A DNA stretch of 64,000 bases, taken from contig JAQGDQ010000007.1 in assembly GCA_030141605.1 (NCBI GenBank), forward strand, positions 1,227,173-1,291,172. The letters run 5' to 3'. Every line of letters starts with the position of its first letter. Within the stretch, counting starts at the first letter, position 1. Positions 45,386 through 59,906 of this stretch are shown one piece after another. The notes below the pieces were generated by a model. That model was not told the origin of the DNA, made no database searches, and saw only the letters and a list, made by a program, of their open reading frames with translations. Both the position numbers and the translations under genes were made by a program. Origin of the DNA: Tubiluchus corallicola. Taxonomy: Eukaryota > Animalia > Priapulida.

Positions 45386-46586
45386 TGCATTTACATTGAA
45401 GGTAAAAATTGAAACGTTTGTTTCTCTGCTCTGCTAAGAAGCGCGCTTACAAAGTTAAAACGTTCTTAAAAATAATTATTCTAAAACGCACGCGTTCAAA
45501 CTTCTGTAGAAAAGCTTGGTTGTTTCTAGGGGAAGATTTGATGTGTTTTTCTTTGTGATGTAAGCAAATTGGGGTGCTGAGGTAGAATTTCCATTTTCAG
45601 AAGCAAAAGGCTATTAAAGAAGCGTTGCTTCTTTTAATTCAATAATAAATTGCCTCACGTAGTAACGTCTATTTTTATGCAAATCGCCCCCTAAAAAGAT
45701 TAGTGCGTAAAGGGGCTACGTACGCCAGCTCCTAAAAACATAGAACTACAAGTAATTTGTTTGTGGTACATTTGCTAACGTTCTTTTTAAAGGCGTGAAA
45801 TAACAATGTTCTGGTAATTCTAAAATTACCAGACGAAAAATGATAGATGTACCAGCTGCTACTGATCTGCGTTTTGCATAAGATAAAATATGATGGCGAT
45901 AAAAGGTTTAAGTAACAAAAACAGCAAATTTTATCACCTATAATTATGCTGTCACTGTGCCTGTACAGTTTTTTGGTTCAGTTGTCACGTATAATGACAA
46001 AAATCGCTGTATTAGCACAATTGCATATATTTAGTATAAGCCTATAACAAATTTTAAAGCACAAGATTATAAAAATACGGAAACTAAAAAAAATTCATGG
46101 GGTCATCGGAGACAGTGTTTATAGTGAGCTTCCATTTTACAGTTTTCTGAAATGCAGGCTGGCTGTTCGTCTAACAAAACTTCTTCCAAAATCTTCAACA
46201 CTAATTCAAGCGTCACTTAAGCTTGAAAAAATATCGGATAGATTGGGACACTCGTAGATTCCTGGAAGATGTTGGCTTCTAGGAAATCTAAATAATCCCT
46301 TATATAATACCTACCGGGAAAATCGTTGGAGGAAGAAGAAACGCAGTTTATCCTAGTCTTCATCCATATATTTATTAAATGAGACTAGCTCTGTTTAACT
46401 TAAGCCTTTAAGCTGGCTATCATTACCACGTATACTCAGATATTTTCTGACTTTGAAATAAATATATCGTGGGAGACAGAATTAAAATTTAGAATAGCAA
46501 AAACCGTTCAAAAACATTTTATGCGCGAACGATGAACTATACAAGTAATGTGGTTATTGATTACATTCCATGTGCATAATTTCTCA

Positions 46587-46760
46587 TTATCCCCTCGCAA
46601 CAAAATTGCATGAGAGGATATAGTAATGCCCTCTGTTTGTAGCTGTCTGTCCATCCAAGTGTGCGTCCGTTATTCCGCCATTTGCTTTGTGGACAAATTT
46701 CAAGCCAAATCCATAAGCAAGCCGTCGACTTTAATTGGGGTCTCAGTGTCAAAGGTCAGA
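46587..46760 (+). mobile_element. Non-autonomous Helentron/DINE-1-like fragment
   Basis: Terminal hairpin TATCCCCTCGCAA..TTGC..GAGAGGATA followed by TAGTAATGCCCTC and a CTGT/CCGT-type microsatellite, the usual layout of these elements. Confidence 0.45.
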
Positions 46761-47949
46761 GTCACAGGATCTATTGCACATAATAGTACGACGGTTCGTT
46801 GGGAGGAGATGGTCGCTTTGCGGTCCATGTTTACTTTGCTGTATTGTTGAGAGAAGCCATTTGCTGACCATTGTAGAAATGTAGAAACGTTTTCAAAAGT
46901 AGCGTTTTGTAATAAGCCATAGAAATCTCTCCAAGAAACCCGTACTTACAATTTCGCAAAATATATTTGAGCAAAATTTTGAAAACGTCGGTTGGCTGAG
47001 ATCACTAAAACGTCGGCAGCGGGAAGTAAGCTAATTAATAGTGTCTTATTCAGTATATGTGCAGTCAATAATTCATTCAAAAATATATTATATTATTATT
47101 ATTATATTAAAATTATTAATACAAATTAATTAATAACAATATTTATTCATTAATAGTTTGCCATTCAGTTAGCTGGTCACCCATCAATAAGCAGCCAGTA
47201 ACTGACATTTCTGGCATAAAAAGTAATAAAAAGGCCAAAGATTCACAGTAATTTAGTACTTAGCATTCTGTTACCTTAAAATGTTTGTGCTTTCCCTATA
47301 ATTATTAATTATGGCATAAACTTATGCTCTTACACTTTGTCAAATTTTTTTATAGCATTGCCTATAGATCTAATGTATTTGGCCTTGCATATTTCATTCA
47401 GTGAAAGCCTCCATGAATATAAAAAAAATATGTACCTCTTAGTTATTAAAGCAGTTTCCTGAGGCAGTCAAAATATTTCATCTGGTAAATACTACAAGAT
47501 TTACTAGTGCACAAACACAGACACACAAATATATTCATTTATTTCTTCCTACTATAACAAATCACAAATTAAAGAAATACCTAAACCTCAAATTGAAGCA
47601 AAAAGCAGACACCTTTTATTTAAATCAACACTGTTTAGCATATCAGAATATTTTAATGCTAATTAGTCAACAATATACAAGTCTATGTTATTAGCTTAAT
47701 TTTATAGTAGACTTTACTTGAATTGTACATACGACTAGAAACATTAAAACAGACCCAGTGAATTGTTACTCGTTGGTAAATTAAAAGAGCCACTAAACAA
47801 TTATAAGAGCAAGTATTTCAATGATAAAATTATTTCTACACTATAAATGCAAATATGATGCATACAGCAAAACCACAGTACAAGATTATGCAAGAATGTA
47901 AAAATGTCTAGTTATCACAGTTTTCTTTATCTTTCCAATGTTTGATTAT

Positions 47950-48205
47950 TCATTCTGCAGAGATAAAAAATTGCTGGAACTTTTTGAAGTTGATGAGGTT
48001 GTCATCATAATCGGTGCATTGTGCAATAACCTGAAATAAATTTAATATTATTTATAACTAACTGTTTCTGATGTTGGACAGTAAACTGTACTCCATCCTT
48101 GATCAAGCCTGGCAATGTACTGTTGTTCAATCATAAGTGCTATGCTATGTTAGTGTATTTTGCTTTATATATATATATTTATGTATATATATATATTTAT
48201 ATATA

Positions 48206-48238
<33 letters not shown>

Positions 48239-51200
48239 CAAGTATATAATACTTGTATGTTTAAGAACATAAAAGTACCAGAAAACAAACATCTTGGTTA
48301 TCATCACCGAGTTTTCTTCCTTTTGGTCAAGTAACAATCCAGCAAACAAAGATATGAGTGATTTAATTAGTCAGAATCAATAATTTGTGAATTTTTACAG
48401 ATCATGCTAACAATTAGTTCTATCAAGACATGTTTCTAGGTTTTTTTGATGACTCAGCCATTTTTAATAATTAAAGGTGTTTTTCCAGCATGTTTTTCAT
48501 GCGTGTACTATCTTACACATGCATTATGCAAGTACGTATCTCTTTAGACATTTTCCAAAGTTATGCAAAAGAATGAGTTTAAAACAATTTTTTAAAATAT
48601 TTACCAAATCCAGTATGTCATCGTCCAAAGGAATATTGGCACGTCGACAAAGGACTTTCAGCTCATTTTTCTCAATGTAGCCAGATTTGAATCCACTCCT
48701 AAAAGAACAATTTATACCAATCAAACTTTTATCTTAACAGATTTGCCGTCATTAACACGTACATATACTTGCTTGTGCCAAATGCTTGTGTTGCCTCGAC
48801 CGAACAATATGACTTTTTTGCACAAAATATCAAACACCAAAATACCAGTTTCTGGTGTAATGGTAAAAAGTTACTGCAAGGCTTATAATTAAAGCACACT
48901 TATCAACACTGTTTACTTTGGAATTTCAAACTTAATGCTTTCCTCTTACATAGTTGTAAACACTTATGAAAGTTCAACTCTATGGCTCATTTAATTAGCC
49001 TTGTTAGCCCATACTGCCCAGGCTTAATTACCTATAATTATCTGCATTTAAAAACTCCTTTTTCAAAGCATCTTTCTGCATTGAACACCACTGTTGTAGC
49101 ATTTTTTGAACACGATTCAGCAACCTTTCTGCATCATCATCTTTTCTGAAATGTATAAATCTATAAATTTAACTATATTAAATTTAATCATCCTATGCAA
49201 TATGCATAGGGAGATAAAAGATGTTCATTTTAAATTTGTGAGTTAAAAATTGCAGCTTCTGACACCAGTTTTATTGCATTTTACACAGACTACAATAATA
49301 TTATCTACATATAATATATGTGTTATATACAGACAGGATAATAATCTCGAATGCAAAAAATTCAAAAACTTTTCAGGCTATTTAATCTTAATAGCTGTTT
49401 CTCTAGACAACCTGATAATGTACCAACTTGAATTCAAAATATTGCTATCAGTGTGCAACTGGAAAAAGTACGAAAAGTAGGGTATGAATGAAACATACAT
49501 TTATTCACAGATGCCAAAAAAAATGTCTCATCAACTTAAGAGCACTAAGTGAACTTATACAGCTTGCTCAATAAGTGCTAAATGAGTCTCAGAAGCTTTT
49601 AACCATGTAAAATAAAACTAAATGTCTTTATGTATTTAATTTTCCATAATGCCTTAATTCAAATACACTGAAAAGGCCATAGCAAACTAACAAATTATCA
49701 ACAGTTGAATATTATTGAAACAATCATGTTCAAAATACAACTACATTTAACACAGTTCCAGATTATCTTGTACTTACTTATATGCAGTAGACCCTTGAGA
49801 AGTTGGCCCTTGTTTCTCCAAATGAGCTTTTAATGACAGCACAAGAGACGCTATTAAAAAATACAGCCAGGAACTTTAAAATATTGAAAAATCTTACCAG
49901 AAGGTAAAAAATAACAAAGTAACTTTAAATAAGTATGAGATGAAATAAAACTGTATGAATAGATACCAATTTAATTTCATTCACTAAAAAATGAAATTTG
50001 CAACAACACAATGTTTGATTTACGCTTTTGTAAAGATGAAATATTATGGTATTAAATTTTTAGAGTAAATGCAGTTTGCAGTAAATAACTTAGGCAGCAG
50101 AATCATAGATCTTTGTGAGTTGCATTCTAAGCTTGGATGATCCTTTCTTTAACACACAGACATGTCAACAAACTAGGCTATTACCATGCAAGCTTTAAAT
50201 TGTATTTACCCGGAAATTTGTCCTTGTGTAGCTCTACATATTTTACTACATATTCATCAACATCAACAATTTTGAAGCGATTGTTGAATACAACTATTAT
50301 GCTTCCAATGTCAAAATCCTGAGGTCCATAAAATTCAGGATTTTGCACTGATGATCCTGGCTTTTGAAGCCTTGTTCGTTCTAAAAATTTCCCTGAAATT
50401 TATTTAAATGGATTCAAGATAAAATGCTATTATGATGACATTGAAAAGTTTTTTACCTGATAGTAGAGACAACAGATATATGAATGAAAAACAAAATGTA
50501 CATAGTTGTAGTTGGATGTTTTAGCCTAAAAATGACTGTTTCACATTATTTTTCACATTCTAAGAGTGTGCATATAACTTACCTCCAAGAATTCCTGAGT
50601 TTCTCACAGGTGGTTCATATATTGTGACCATGTCATCAGCAAGTCGGTATGAAATAACGAACCTTCTGTTTTTGTCCTCTTGCTTGACTGTATCCTAATC
50701 CATGAAAATATTAATATTAATTCACAAAGATAGGGCAAAAAGTTGTTTTAACAACTAAATTCGAATATGTAACTCAAAAACAGTACGGCATGCATTTCTC
50801 GCTAAAATTTCTGAAGTCCAGATAAAAATGAATCTAATGACAACAAAAGAAATTAAGCACTATATCAGCAATATTACATTTATCAAATACGTACAACATA
50901 ACTGAAATGGTATAAAAGAACTTACCAGAATTGCAGCATAACGCAAGACATTATGGTCATTTTGCAACATCTTAACAACGTCTTTCTTGGGTGGTTGAGG
51001 TATAAGTGACAGACATGATTGCAAACTATCTTCCACTGAGCCGAAACCAGTGTAAGGTGGTACTTCCTAAAGAAAATGTGAAAAAAAAATCAGAAAAAAA
51101 TATGACTAAAAATTATTGAGGTTTTTATATCAGAACATTTTAATAATAATAATAATAATAATAATAATGCATTCTTAAATCAGGGAAATCAAAATCTCGC

Positions 51201-54200
51201 TAGATACACTTATAATGGTAATATGGATAGCTTAGTTAAAACACGTGAATTTTTCATATGAAAAATATATGTACAGAGCTGTTATTCAAAGAAATGAAAA
51301 TTGTGATGGTTGTAAATGTTTGTAAATTGAGAATGGCTTGTTTTGTGTACAGATATACAAATAATTTACTACCAAATACCTTCCAGTAATTTCGAATAGA
51401 GATTGATGTTCTTATAAAACAAAACTGCTAAACGATTGTCATTTTCATAAATGTAGAACTAATGTAAAATTACAATTGCTGATGTGTAGACAAATTATGC
51501 AAGGAATAGAAAACTATTAATATTAATCAAGTTACTATGGTCTAGTCCCTAGGCCATTTCTTACCCTAGAAAAATTGTTTATTTTTGTTGACTTTTTTCA
51601 GCAATAGACCTGGATTTTAATGTGTATCAAATAAAAGCCCTGTTAGATAGTTCTATCTTGGGCAAATATGGTAAAATGTGATAAATAGATAGCATACAAA
51701 ACAACAAATTCTATTGTTAATGCATTAGAAGAACATGCATTCCTGCTTCGTAATGGTATTATGTAGCACACATCTACCTTCTTCACTACACGTTTCTCTT
51801 GTCCGATGATCTTCTCTCTATCTATTGGTGTAAAATCTGAGATGTCAAAATGTGCTTTATAAAAATCACGAGTATATGCATCGCAGTCACAAATCAAGAA
51901 CCTAGTTAGGAAATATAATTTATGCCATTAAAAGAAGATTTCATTACGTTGTTCATTAAGTTATAGTAGTTCATTAATTATAGTTTCTCTGATGTATGCA
52001 TGTAACTACTTATATTAGATCATATCGTAGCGATGATCTAAGCAATATGATTGCAACAATAATTATTATTGTGCAGGTCTTCATTAAAACCCTTTCAAAA
52101 CTGCTCAACCAAAATGGTTACACGTAGCATTTTAAGAAAAAAAAAGAAAAGTGCGCACATACACAAACTTTCAATATACCAGGACATTCTCATTAACTTT
52201 AAAAACCCTTACTCAAAAAAAGACAGCTGGAGGTGTGGTTGTGTGTGGAAGTTTTAAAAATGCTGACATTACATTAGTGCATTTAGTCCTGAAGACACAA
52301 CCCACACCTTTAAATCAAAAAAGTCATGTATGGATTCACAACCATCCACCTTTAAATAGTTAGTGCAAAAAAGCCGGCCACTAACGAATGTAGGTAAAAA
52401 TGGCAACAGAAAAAATGGCACGGTAAAAATGGCACAGAATGAAAATCACACAGGAAAAAATGGCACACTTAGTAAAGTATGCGCTTAGGGTTAGGGTTAC
52501 AGTGGGGATAATTATTTTAGTTATTTTTACCTCTGCCAAAGAAGTTACTTTCAACACAGTTTGTTTGTTTGTTTGTCTGTTTATTTGGTTGTCTTTTGTC
52601 TGTTATGGTAATAAAAATATTACACAAAAACTATCTGACAGTTTTCCAAGAAACTCTGTGAACAAAAGTGGGCATAGGGTACTGAAGTTGGAATCTTTTC
52701 GTCGGTTCTTTTTTCTCAAAGCTTGACCGAACACCATATACAAAAAAACATTTGTGGAGTGCTTCATGGGGTCTTGGAGGGAGTGTTTAGTACTTCTTTT
52801 TTGTTATCTCCACTGGACACACAACTACGAGTTAGTTCCAGCTGCATTTTGAAAAATTCTGTCTTGTAAAACTGTGTACCACACTGCACCAGAAAGTCAC
52901 TTTCACACTGCACACTGTCTATACCATTGGCTTATTAGTGTGTATAGGCTTATAAGGTAATTTGGTATGTATATATTTGTCAGTCTATTACCATCGCCAA
53001 AATTAATGGTGAAAAGTTGGATAAACACCATGTGGAACACTCGTGCATTATTGACTATAAATCCATTTAATGAAAATTTTTTCCTGTTCCATTTTTACCT
53101 GAGCTATTTTTTCCTGCACCATTTTTTCCTGTGCCATTTTTACTGTGCCATTTTTACCCATGCCATTTTTACCGCATATTGGGTACTAACTAATGACTAT
53201 CTCGTTAAGTCTTTAAGAAGGAAGTTTCAGAAAAGGTGACAAAATAATAAACATTCTAGAAGATGATAGTGAACACTTTTCTGAAAAGACTAACTGTTTC
53301 ACGTCATTTTTTATTTTTCCTGATACTTTACAGGAACCATTATGAGGTTATAGGCCATATATAAACACATTATTTCATTTAACCTCCAAAAGCATAATTA
53401 CTTTCTGCCATAAATGACAAGAGAGTCCCCAATGCGAAAATCTTTTGGTGTGTACCACTCAGAAATGTCACTATCTGTCACCTCCATTGCTATGGTGGGA
53501 AACAATGCTGTAATTAGAATAAAGAAGTACATCAAAAACAAAAATTAGACACTGGTAATTAGTAATTTTAAGAAAACACTGAGATGTTTAAGCAACAAGT
53601 ATTGGCTTACATGGAAGTTTTCCTCTGTTTTTTGCAAGTTTTTGCCTTCGCATCAGAACTGGAAAAGGGTCCCTTCCATTATTTGCTGAATGTTGTTCTC
53701 TAATTTCTACTGTGTCATCAACTAAATAGTACTAAATAGAAAAGAACAATAAATAAGAAACAAGTAAAATTATATTAAATGACATTAAATGAATGCCCAC
53801 TAGTCCAAAGCAATTTTTGTTAAATCAAGATGCATTACATAGACAAAAACAACAAAATTTCTCTTGAATTTAATTAGGTACTACCTTACAGAACTATCAC
53901 ATGCATGCAACATTTTTTAATTAAGCTATATTGAAACTTATTAACTTACATGAAGAACACAAGGTCGTACTTCGCCAAACATGCTATCCCTATCATCCCA
54001 AACACAATAAAATCGTAAAACTTTTCTATCCAATTCCAGAAACTGACGAGTTTTATCAAATGTTGAGGGTGTTTTGTAGTTAGCAATAGCAGTTCTCTTT
54101 GCACGTGCTGTTGTATATGGATCATCTGGGATCAGTTCAGGATCATTGAGTTCAATGCCCTCACTTGCCATGAATTCCTGCAAAAGCCGCACTAATAAAA

Positions 54201-57200
54201 TGGAATAGTAGACAACTTTTTACAGGTTTGCTTAATTAGTGTAAACTAAAGACAGACGATTCACTAATGATTGAGTATAAATGGAGAATCAGCGAGTCTC
54301 TGTGAGGTCTTAAAATGAATAAGATTAATTGTTCAAACTCCTACATAATACAAGATGCTCCCACATGGAGTAGGCAGTTGAGAGTGTAATGACAAACCAC
54401 TTACAGAGCAGCAAAGATTTCCTAAAACGAGAGAGATTTATGGGGTGGCTTGCAGCCTGTCAATGAAGTTCAAACTACAGAGTCTGTGAGCGCATCCAGT
54501 GAAATTCGCGGGGTCAAAGCCTAGACTGCGAATGCGTTTTTATGCCATTCAGAAAATTTTGGAAGATTTAGGTACTCTTATAACTTATAAATTTTTACAG
54601 ATCATCTGAAAATGTCCAAGTATAATTTTAAATTTTATGACAAAGTCCTCAAACCCTAGACTTTAGGTTTTAGAAATTTCTAACACCAACAAAAAGCCAA
54701 AATCTTCGTAAGGCATCAGTGAGTAGCGTGGAGGGCTTCTTGACCTTGCAAAAAGCATTGATCTAATGACTGACAATGATAATAAAGTTTCCTTGTGTGA
54801 CTAATTATTAGTGATTATTAGTTATAATGTAAAGTTACACGAATTTTTATTTTTGTATTGCATTTCTGGATCACAATTTCACAAATCTTAAATATGCTAA
54901 CATTTATCATATCATATTAACTATCGTACTTCTGCTCACATATAACAATTTCTGATCATATTACATTGCCATAATCACTTAAATGCACATTCAACAACTC
55001 TATGAAATGACACTTTCAGTAGCTGATGTTTGAAACCTACAAGTCTCAAAAAAAATCTCCAAGATCATTGCAGGCTTTTGCTTGTTTTTATAAATTGACA
55101 AAATAAGAAGTCTGCATAAAATTTCCATGATTTGTGAACAAAAAAAGTTATTATTTTAACAGATGTATCAAAATAATCCTATTTCATGTGTTCGTCAAGA
55201 TTTACAAATGGTGGCAAACCCATTAATCAGAATTGAAGGTTTTAGCTACATTAGCCAGTGCTCAAATTGAGGGTGTATGGGGGTATACAATGTGTATATT
55301 ATTGAAAAAGTAAATGCAAGCAAAATTGAGTGCGAGTAGAACACACAATAAGACAAAATGAAAATGATAAATGAATGGTTATCAATTACCCATAAAAATT
55401 ACCAATGAACTATTGCTCAGATTTTAGATTTTTAGGTTTAGAAAATAACTTTTATTATATTTGTTGACCAAAACATGTAGCGAAAATGAGTTATAAAATA
55501 AGCGGAAAACTTTCTTACGAATACTCCCACATACCTTTCGGCTCAAAATACCCTTAAATGGTGTAAAATGCATTAACAACCGAAGCACTGCCACAAACTC
55601 TGCTGGGGAGACCCTATGCAGAGATCGGAAAACTCGGGCAAAGTGACAATTTTTTTAATTTTAATCAAGTTTGCTTATTCAAGTTCGCTTATTCTATTAA
55701 CATTTTAAATGTGAGAGAATAACATGCTGGCCAGCAGAGCGGGATAACACTTGCAAATGTGGATGGCACACACACCGAATTGGGGTGTCTTGGTACATAG
55801 AAACTTACATGTTAAAATGTACAAGAAAATCAATGGTTTTCACATAGACAATCCCTAATGCTGTATCTCCAGTAAAATGTGAAACAGCTGCAAAATCCTG
55901 CAATTTCAGACATGAAGATTTTACCAGACACAGATGAAACATGATGGAGTTAGGAAAGCACAGAAAGAGAGGAATCGGGCAAAATACCTTTGTCCAACCA
56001 TCGCAGTCAACAATATGAAACACTTTCCCATAAAAGACGACATTAATGCCAACATTAAAGTCTTTCCAGTGCCATGGAGTGCCGTCATCTAGTTTTGGAA
56101 TTTTTTGTCGTTTTAACAACTTGCCCTGAAAATAAAACATTTGAATGTTGATGTAGTGGAAGTTCAGGGCAAATGAACAGAAAGGTGATTTTTGTAATGT
56201 AAGGATCAGGAATAGTGTAACCTAACTACGTAAGAGCAAGCTTAACCCATTTACATTGAGGGCAATGTCTCTCTGCACCAATGTTAATTGAAAGTTCTTC
56301 CCTTAAATTTTCAGAACACTTCTCAGCTGGTTTAATTTTAGGAGTTTAAGATGACAAATCTCGGGACTCCACTCTAGCAACTGCTGCAATACACAGATTG
56401 GCAGTGCATGCAAAGCCAACCCTACCCAGCCCATTCCCGCAAAATGTTGCTCACTGACAGCAACTACAACATAAAATCTTCGACAATCCAAAAAAGCACA
56501 AAAATGCATACATGTTTAGTAGCAATTTGTTAATTATTCCAATAATTGTTATAAACTTACCAGACTACCAGAAAATGCTAAGCAAATCACTTCAAAGAAG
56601 GATTCATTTATTTCATTTAAAAATATTAAGATTTTGTATGAAAGATTAAACATTGTTACCCTTTGACCAAAATGCTAGGCGCTAACAAAAAAAGACAATG
56701 GATGTACAAACGTGTTGTAAACTTATAGTTTTTTCATATACTGCAATAAAATTAGTTCATATGAAATTTATACATGATCAATCTAAGACTAAAGTCAGCA
56801 ACAATATGGGTTTAAATGACATAAGGTACCCCAGCTATACTTTGTGAAAGGGTTCATCTCATATTCAATCTGATCCAGCAGCATATTTTTCTAAGTCTTT
56901 TTTTTGGTTTGGAGAAATAAATCTGACTCATTCTAACCTTTCCAGCCATTACATGTTGCACAATCATAAAATTCCTGTTTTATTGATAAACAAGCAGAAT
57001 TAAAGCTAGTGCGGATGGAAAAAAGAATAAAAATAATACTAAGAATGTGCACTTGATTTTGATTCTCACAGTATAGTTCAATACATTCTCCAGCTATGTT
57101 TGTGAGTAACCTTTGTCAGCTTGTCAGTTGAAAATATAAAAGAAGCATTCGATTAGCCATTGCAACATAGATACACTAATTGATTTTTCCTAATCCCTCT

Positions 57201-58911
57201 ATTACTTAAATCTTTCATTTCTTTTCTCATCACTTCAACATGGAAGAATTTTTTGCTTTTTCGCTTGTTTACAAAATTTAGTAAACAGTATGAAGTAGTT
57301 CACGACTGTAATCTAATTCATAGAATTACTAGACACAAACCAAGAGGCAAACCAAATATCGGCAAGCATAGTGTCAATTTTTTGTGCTAAGCATGTGGCG
57401 CCGTCTATTAATAAAAGAAAAAACACCATAACCTAACTGGTGGATACCTATTTTATAACGGTAGAGACTGTTCAATGTTCATTAAACTTTAATCACCTGT
57501 GGAATGCCACTATTGATTACAGTGGGCTCATTAACGACAATGCTATCATCTTCCAGATAATAGTAAATGTTTACAGGGCGAATTCGCATTGTTTCCTCAG
57601 CAGCTTCAACAACAGTTTCTGTGAAGTATGCATTAAATTTAAGAACCTAAAAAAATGAATTCAAACTTCAGCTCAAAAGAATATAATAAAATTAAGAATT
57701 ATAAAGTTATTAAGTGGAACAAGGACTTTGAAATCAATATGGATTTATATGTCCAATATTGCAATTATCATAATTTAAAGGCAATAAAAGTTGACATGCT
57801 GGTTAAAAGAGTAAAAATGACTAAAAAAATCAATAGTCAGAAAAGTGGAAGACAAAAGTTATTTAAAAATTGTATAGTGTTTTAAAGAAAATACTACACG
57901 TCATAATACGTGTCACATGTAGTGAAACACATTACGTAAAACCTGAATAAAATGTACCTTTTTGTCAAATACGAAATGGGCTGGCAAGAACTGTGTTTGA
58001 GGAACTAACTGAGAAATTTGACCTGGCCCTGCTCTGTAAGCTGCTGCAGAACGTGGTCCTGCAGCTGAAAGTGTCTTTGTTGCCCTTGCACCAATTTCAT
58101 ACACATATTCTGGATGCTCTGGAAGATTCTTGTCGGCTGCTTCAGATATAGATTTTGCTTTCAAAGGCTCACCACCAATGCCAGATTTTGGAGCATTACG
58201 CATTGGATACCCATTCACATATCCAAGAGATTGTTGTCGATGAAATGCCATTTTCTAAAAAATTGGTCGTTGCAACTAATTATAAGAATCGGTGAAACTT
58301 GGGACTTGGCACAATCAAAGAAACTTGCATACACATCTATTATATTGTAATATATACTACTAAGTGATAAACTGTTACAATGTTCATGAAAAACTGAACC
58401 AAATAACCAGCTGACTACACAATCTTTTACATCATTACATACATGCAGAATGTTACCTTTATGCATAGGTGCACACTACACACTATGCATACTATGTAGT
58501 AACTACTAAATTAGTCAGAAGACCCATAGGCCTGCACAGACATAGTAAGCCTATTAGCATATTTTCATGTTTAAGATCATGATTGAAGCAATGGTAACAG
58601 ATTAGTAGGCTACTAAATTAGGAAAAAGTTTAGCGTTAAATTAAATAAAGACAGTGATCAAGTGTGAAGTGAAGCAGATTATACGAGTACACTACAATAA
58701 TTGCAAGGCAAACAAAAACCGAATCACTGTAAAACATCAATGAAGTATATAAATGTTAGTTACAACTTGAAGTTTTAAACTGCATGTGCTTTTGAAGAAT
58801 TAACAATTTACATAACGCCCGCCTTGTGGCATTTTGGAAATTTAGAAAAACAAACAAACTTACGCTAGGGTCTTTAAAACTGTAACCTGGCAGTTTTGGC
58901 ATCTCCTCCAT
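47950..58911 (-). CDS. EFHC1: EF-hand domain-containing protein 1 (Rib72 family axonemal protein; three DM10 domains plus a C-terminal EF-hand region)
   Basis: 15 phase-consistent exons: 58911-58864 ([16 protein letters not shown]), 58254-57958 ([26 protein letters not shown]), 57646-57497 ([24 protein letters not shown]), 56125-55988 ([19 protein letters not shown]), 54177-53950 ([18 protein letters not shown]), 53731-53611 ([19 protein letters not shown]), 53507-53402, 51901-51778, 51066-50926 ([16 protein letters not shown]), 50694-50583, 50392-50210, 49850-49778, 49145-49032, 48698-48605, 48030-47950 (TGA). Confidence 0.95.
52388..53178. mobile_element. Foldback-like MITE with inverted arrays of AAAAATGGCA units and a nested Helentron-like insert
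   Basis: Tandem GGTAAAAATGGCAC-like units at 52393-52470 are mirrored by TGCCATTTTTACC units at 53078-53173. TTAGGGTTAGGG at about 52486. A nested TTTACCTCTGCCAA..(GTTT)n..TTACACAAAAACTA element starts at about 52525. Confidence 0.6.
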
Positions 58912-59305
58912 GGTCGTCTTACTTTAGCTTATTGTCCTAAATTCCACGTGTTTCTTTATCAAATTTTGCAAATTTACAATTTTTGTCAAATTTTAAGTAT
59001 AAAAGTGTGCAAACAGCACTGCGACAACAGAATATTACTTTAGCTCTGTTGCCAATGACGCGTTTCTGTGTTTGTATAATTGACGTATGCTGGAACTCGG
59101 TGCGCATGCTCAATAGATTTTAGCAGGCGGGTTGCCTTTGCTAGTTTGCCATAGTTAATGCTGGTGCAAGCGACCAAGCGTTAGGCTGACAAGTTTAACA
59201 GGTTGCAAAAGCATAACCGTGTCGGCAATGGACGGATTGATGTTTTGATATCATGTTCATAGAGAAAAATCGCTGTTTAATTCCAATGAGAGTTTTTGTG
59301 ATAAA
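58912..59305. promoter_or_regulatory. Shared bidirectional promoter/5'-UTR region of EFHC1 and PHLPP
   Basis: Only 394 bp separate the divergent ATGs. Contains an NRF1-like TGCGCATGCTCA (59101-59112), a CRE-like TGACGT (59081) and X-box-like GTTGCC half sites (59048, 59131). Confidence 0.65.
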
Positions 59306-59906
59306 ATGGATCGAATAGAGAAAGACAGCATTAGATCACAGTATTCTATGCTCAGTTATAAAGTGCGCTCGGGTCAGAACTGGTGGAAAGAGTTTATGGG
59401 CGAAAAGGGTATCGACTCTGTTTCTCGTAGCTCAAGTAGCAGATCACCAGAAAGTCGCAATATAGGACAAATAGAAGATGATATTGATAACTGGGAAATA
59501 AGTGAAAATTATGAGAAAGATAGGTCTCCTACGAGTAGTAGCAGTTCTTCGTTTTCTCGAACACATTCACAAGGTACTGAGCGCCAGTTTGAGGCTGAAC
59601 ATTGGCTGGGAGACACCAACCATGGTTATATCCGTGTTTATGATCCAGACACAAGCGTTTTGAAGTCTCGTTGTATACCGTGTTCACTGAGTACGACGGC
59701 ACATCAGATTTGTCTAAAACTTAACGCATTGTCAAATGCTCTGCACATTCAGTACAATGGCGGGACCATTAAACGGTTAGAGCCGTATGACCACCCCCTT
59801 GCTCTTCAAAATGAATATCTGACGAGACTTGGTTATACCGACATTTGTAGGATACAAGAGGTTGGACAAAGCAAAGAACTAGGCTACTTAATTCGATTTT
59901 ATGTTG
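59306..59906 (+). CDS. PHLPP: PH domain leucine-rich repeat protein phosphatase (PHLPP), first coding exon with the Ras-association-like domain; the gene continues beyond the window
   Basis: GYIRVY..IPCSLSTTAHQIC..LHIQYNGGTIKRLEPYDHPLALQNEYLTRLGYTDICRIQEVG..LGYLIRFY matches the PHLPP N-terminal RA region. Donor G|GTAGGT follows 59906. Confidence 0.82.

Noticed and set aside
52486-52499. TTAGGG repeats as an interstitial telomere
   Set aside because: Only about two units, embedded in a MITE.
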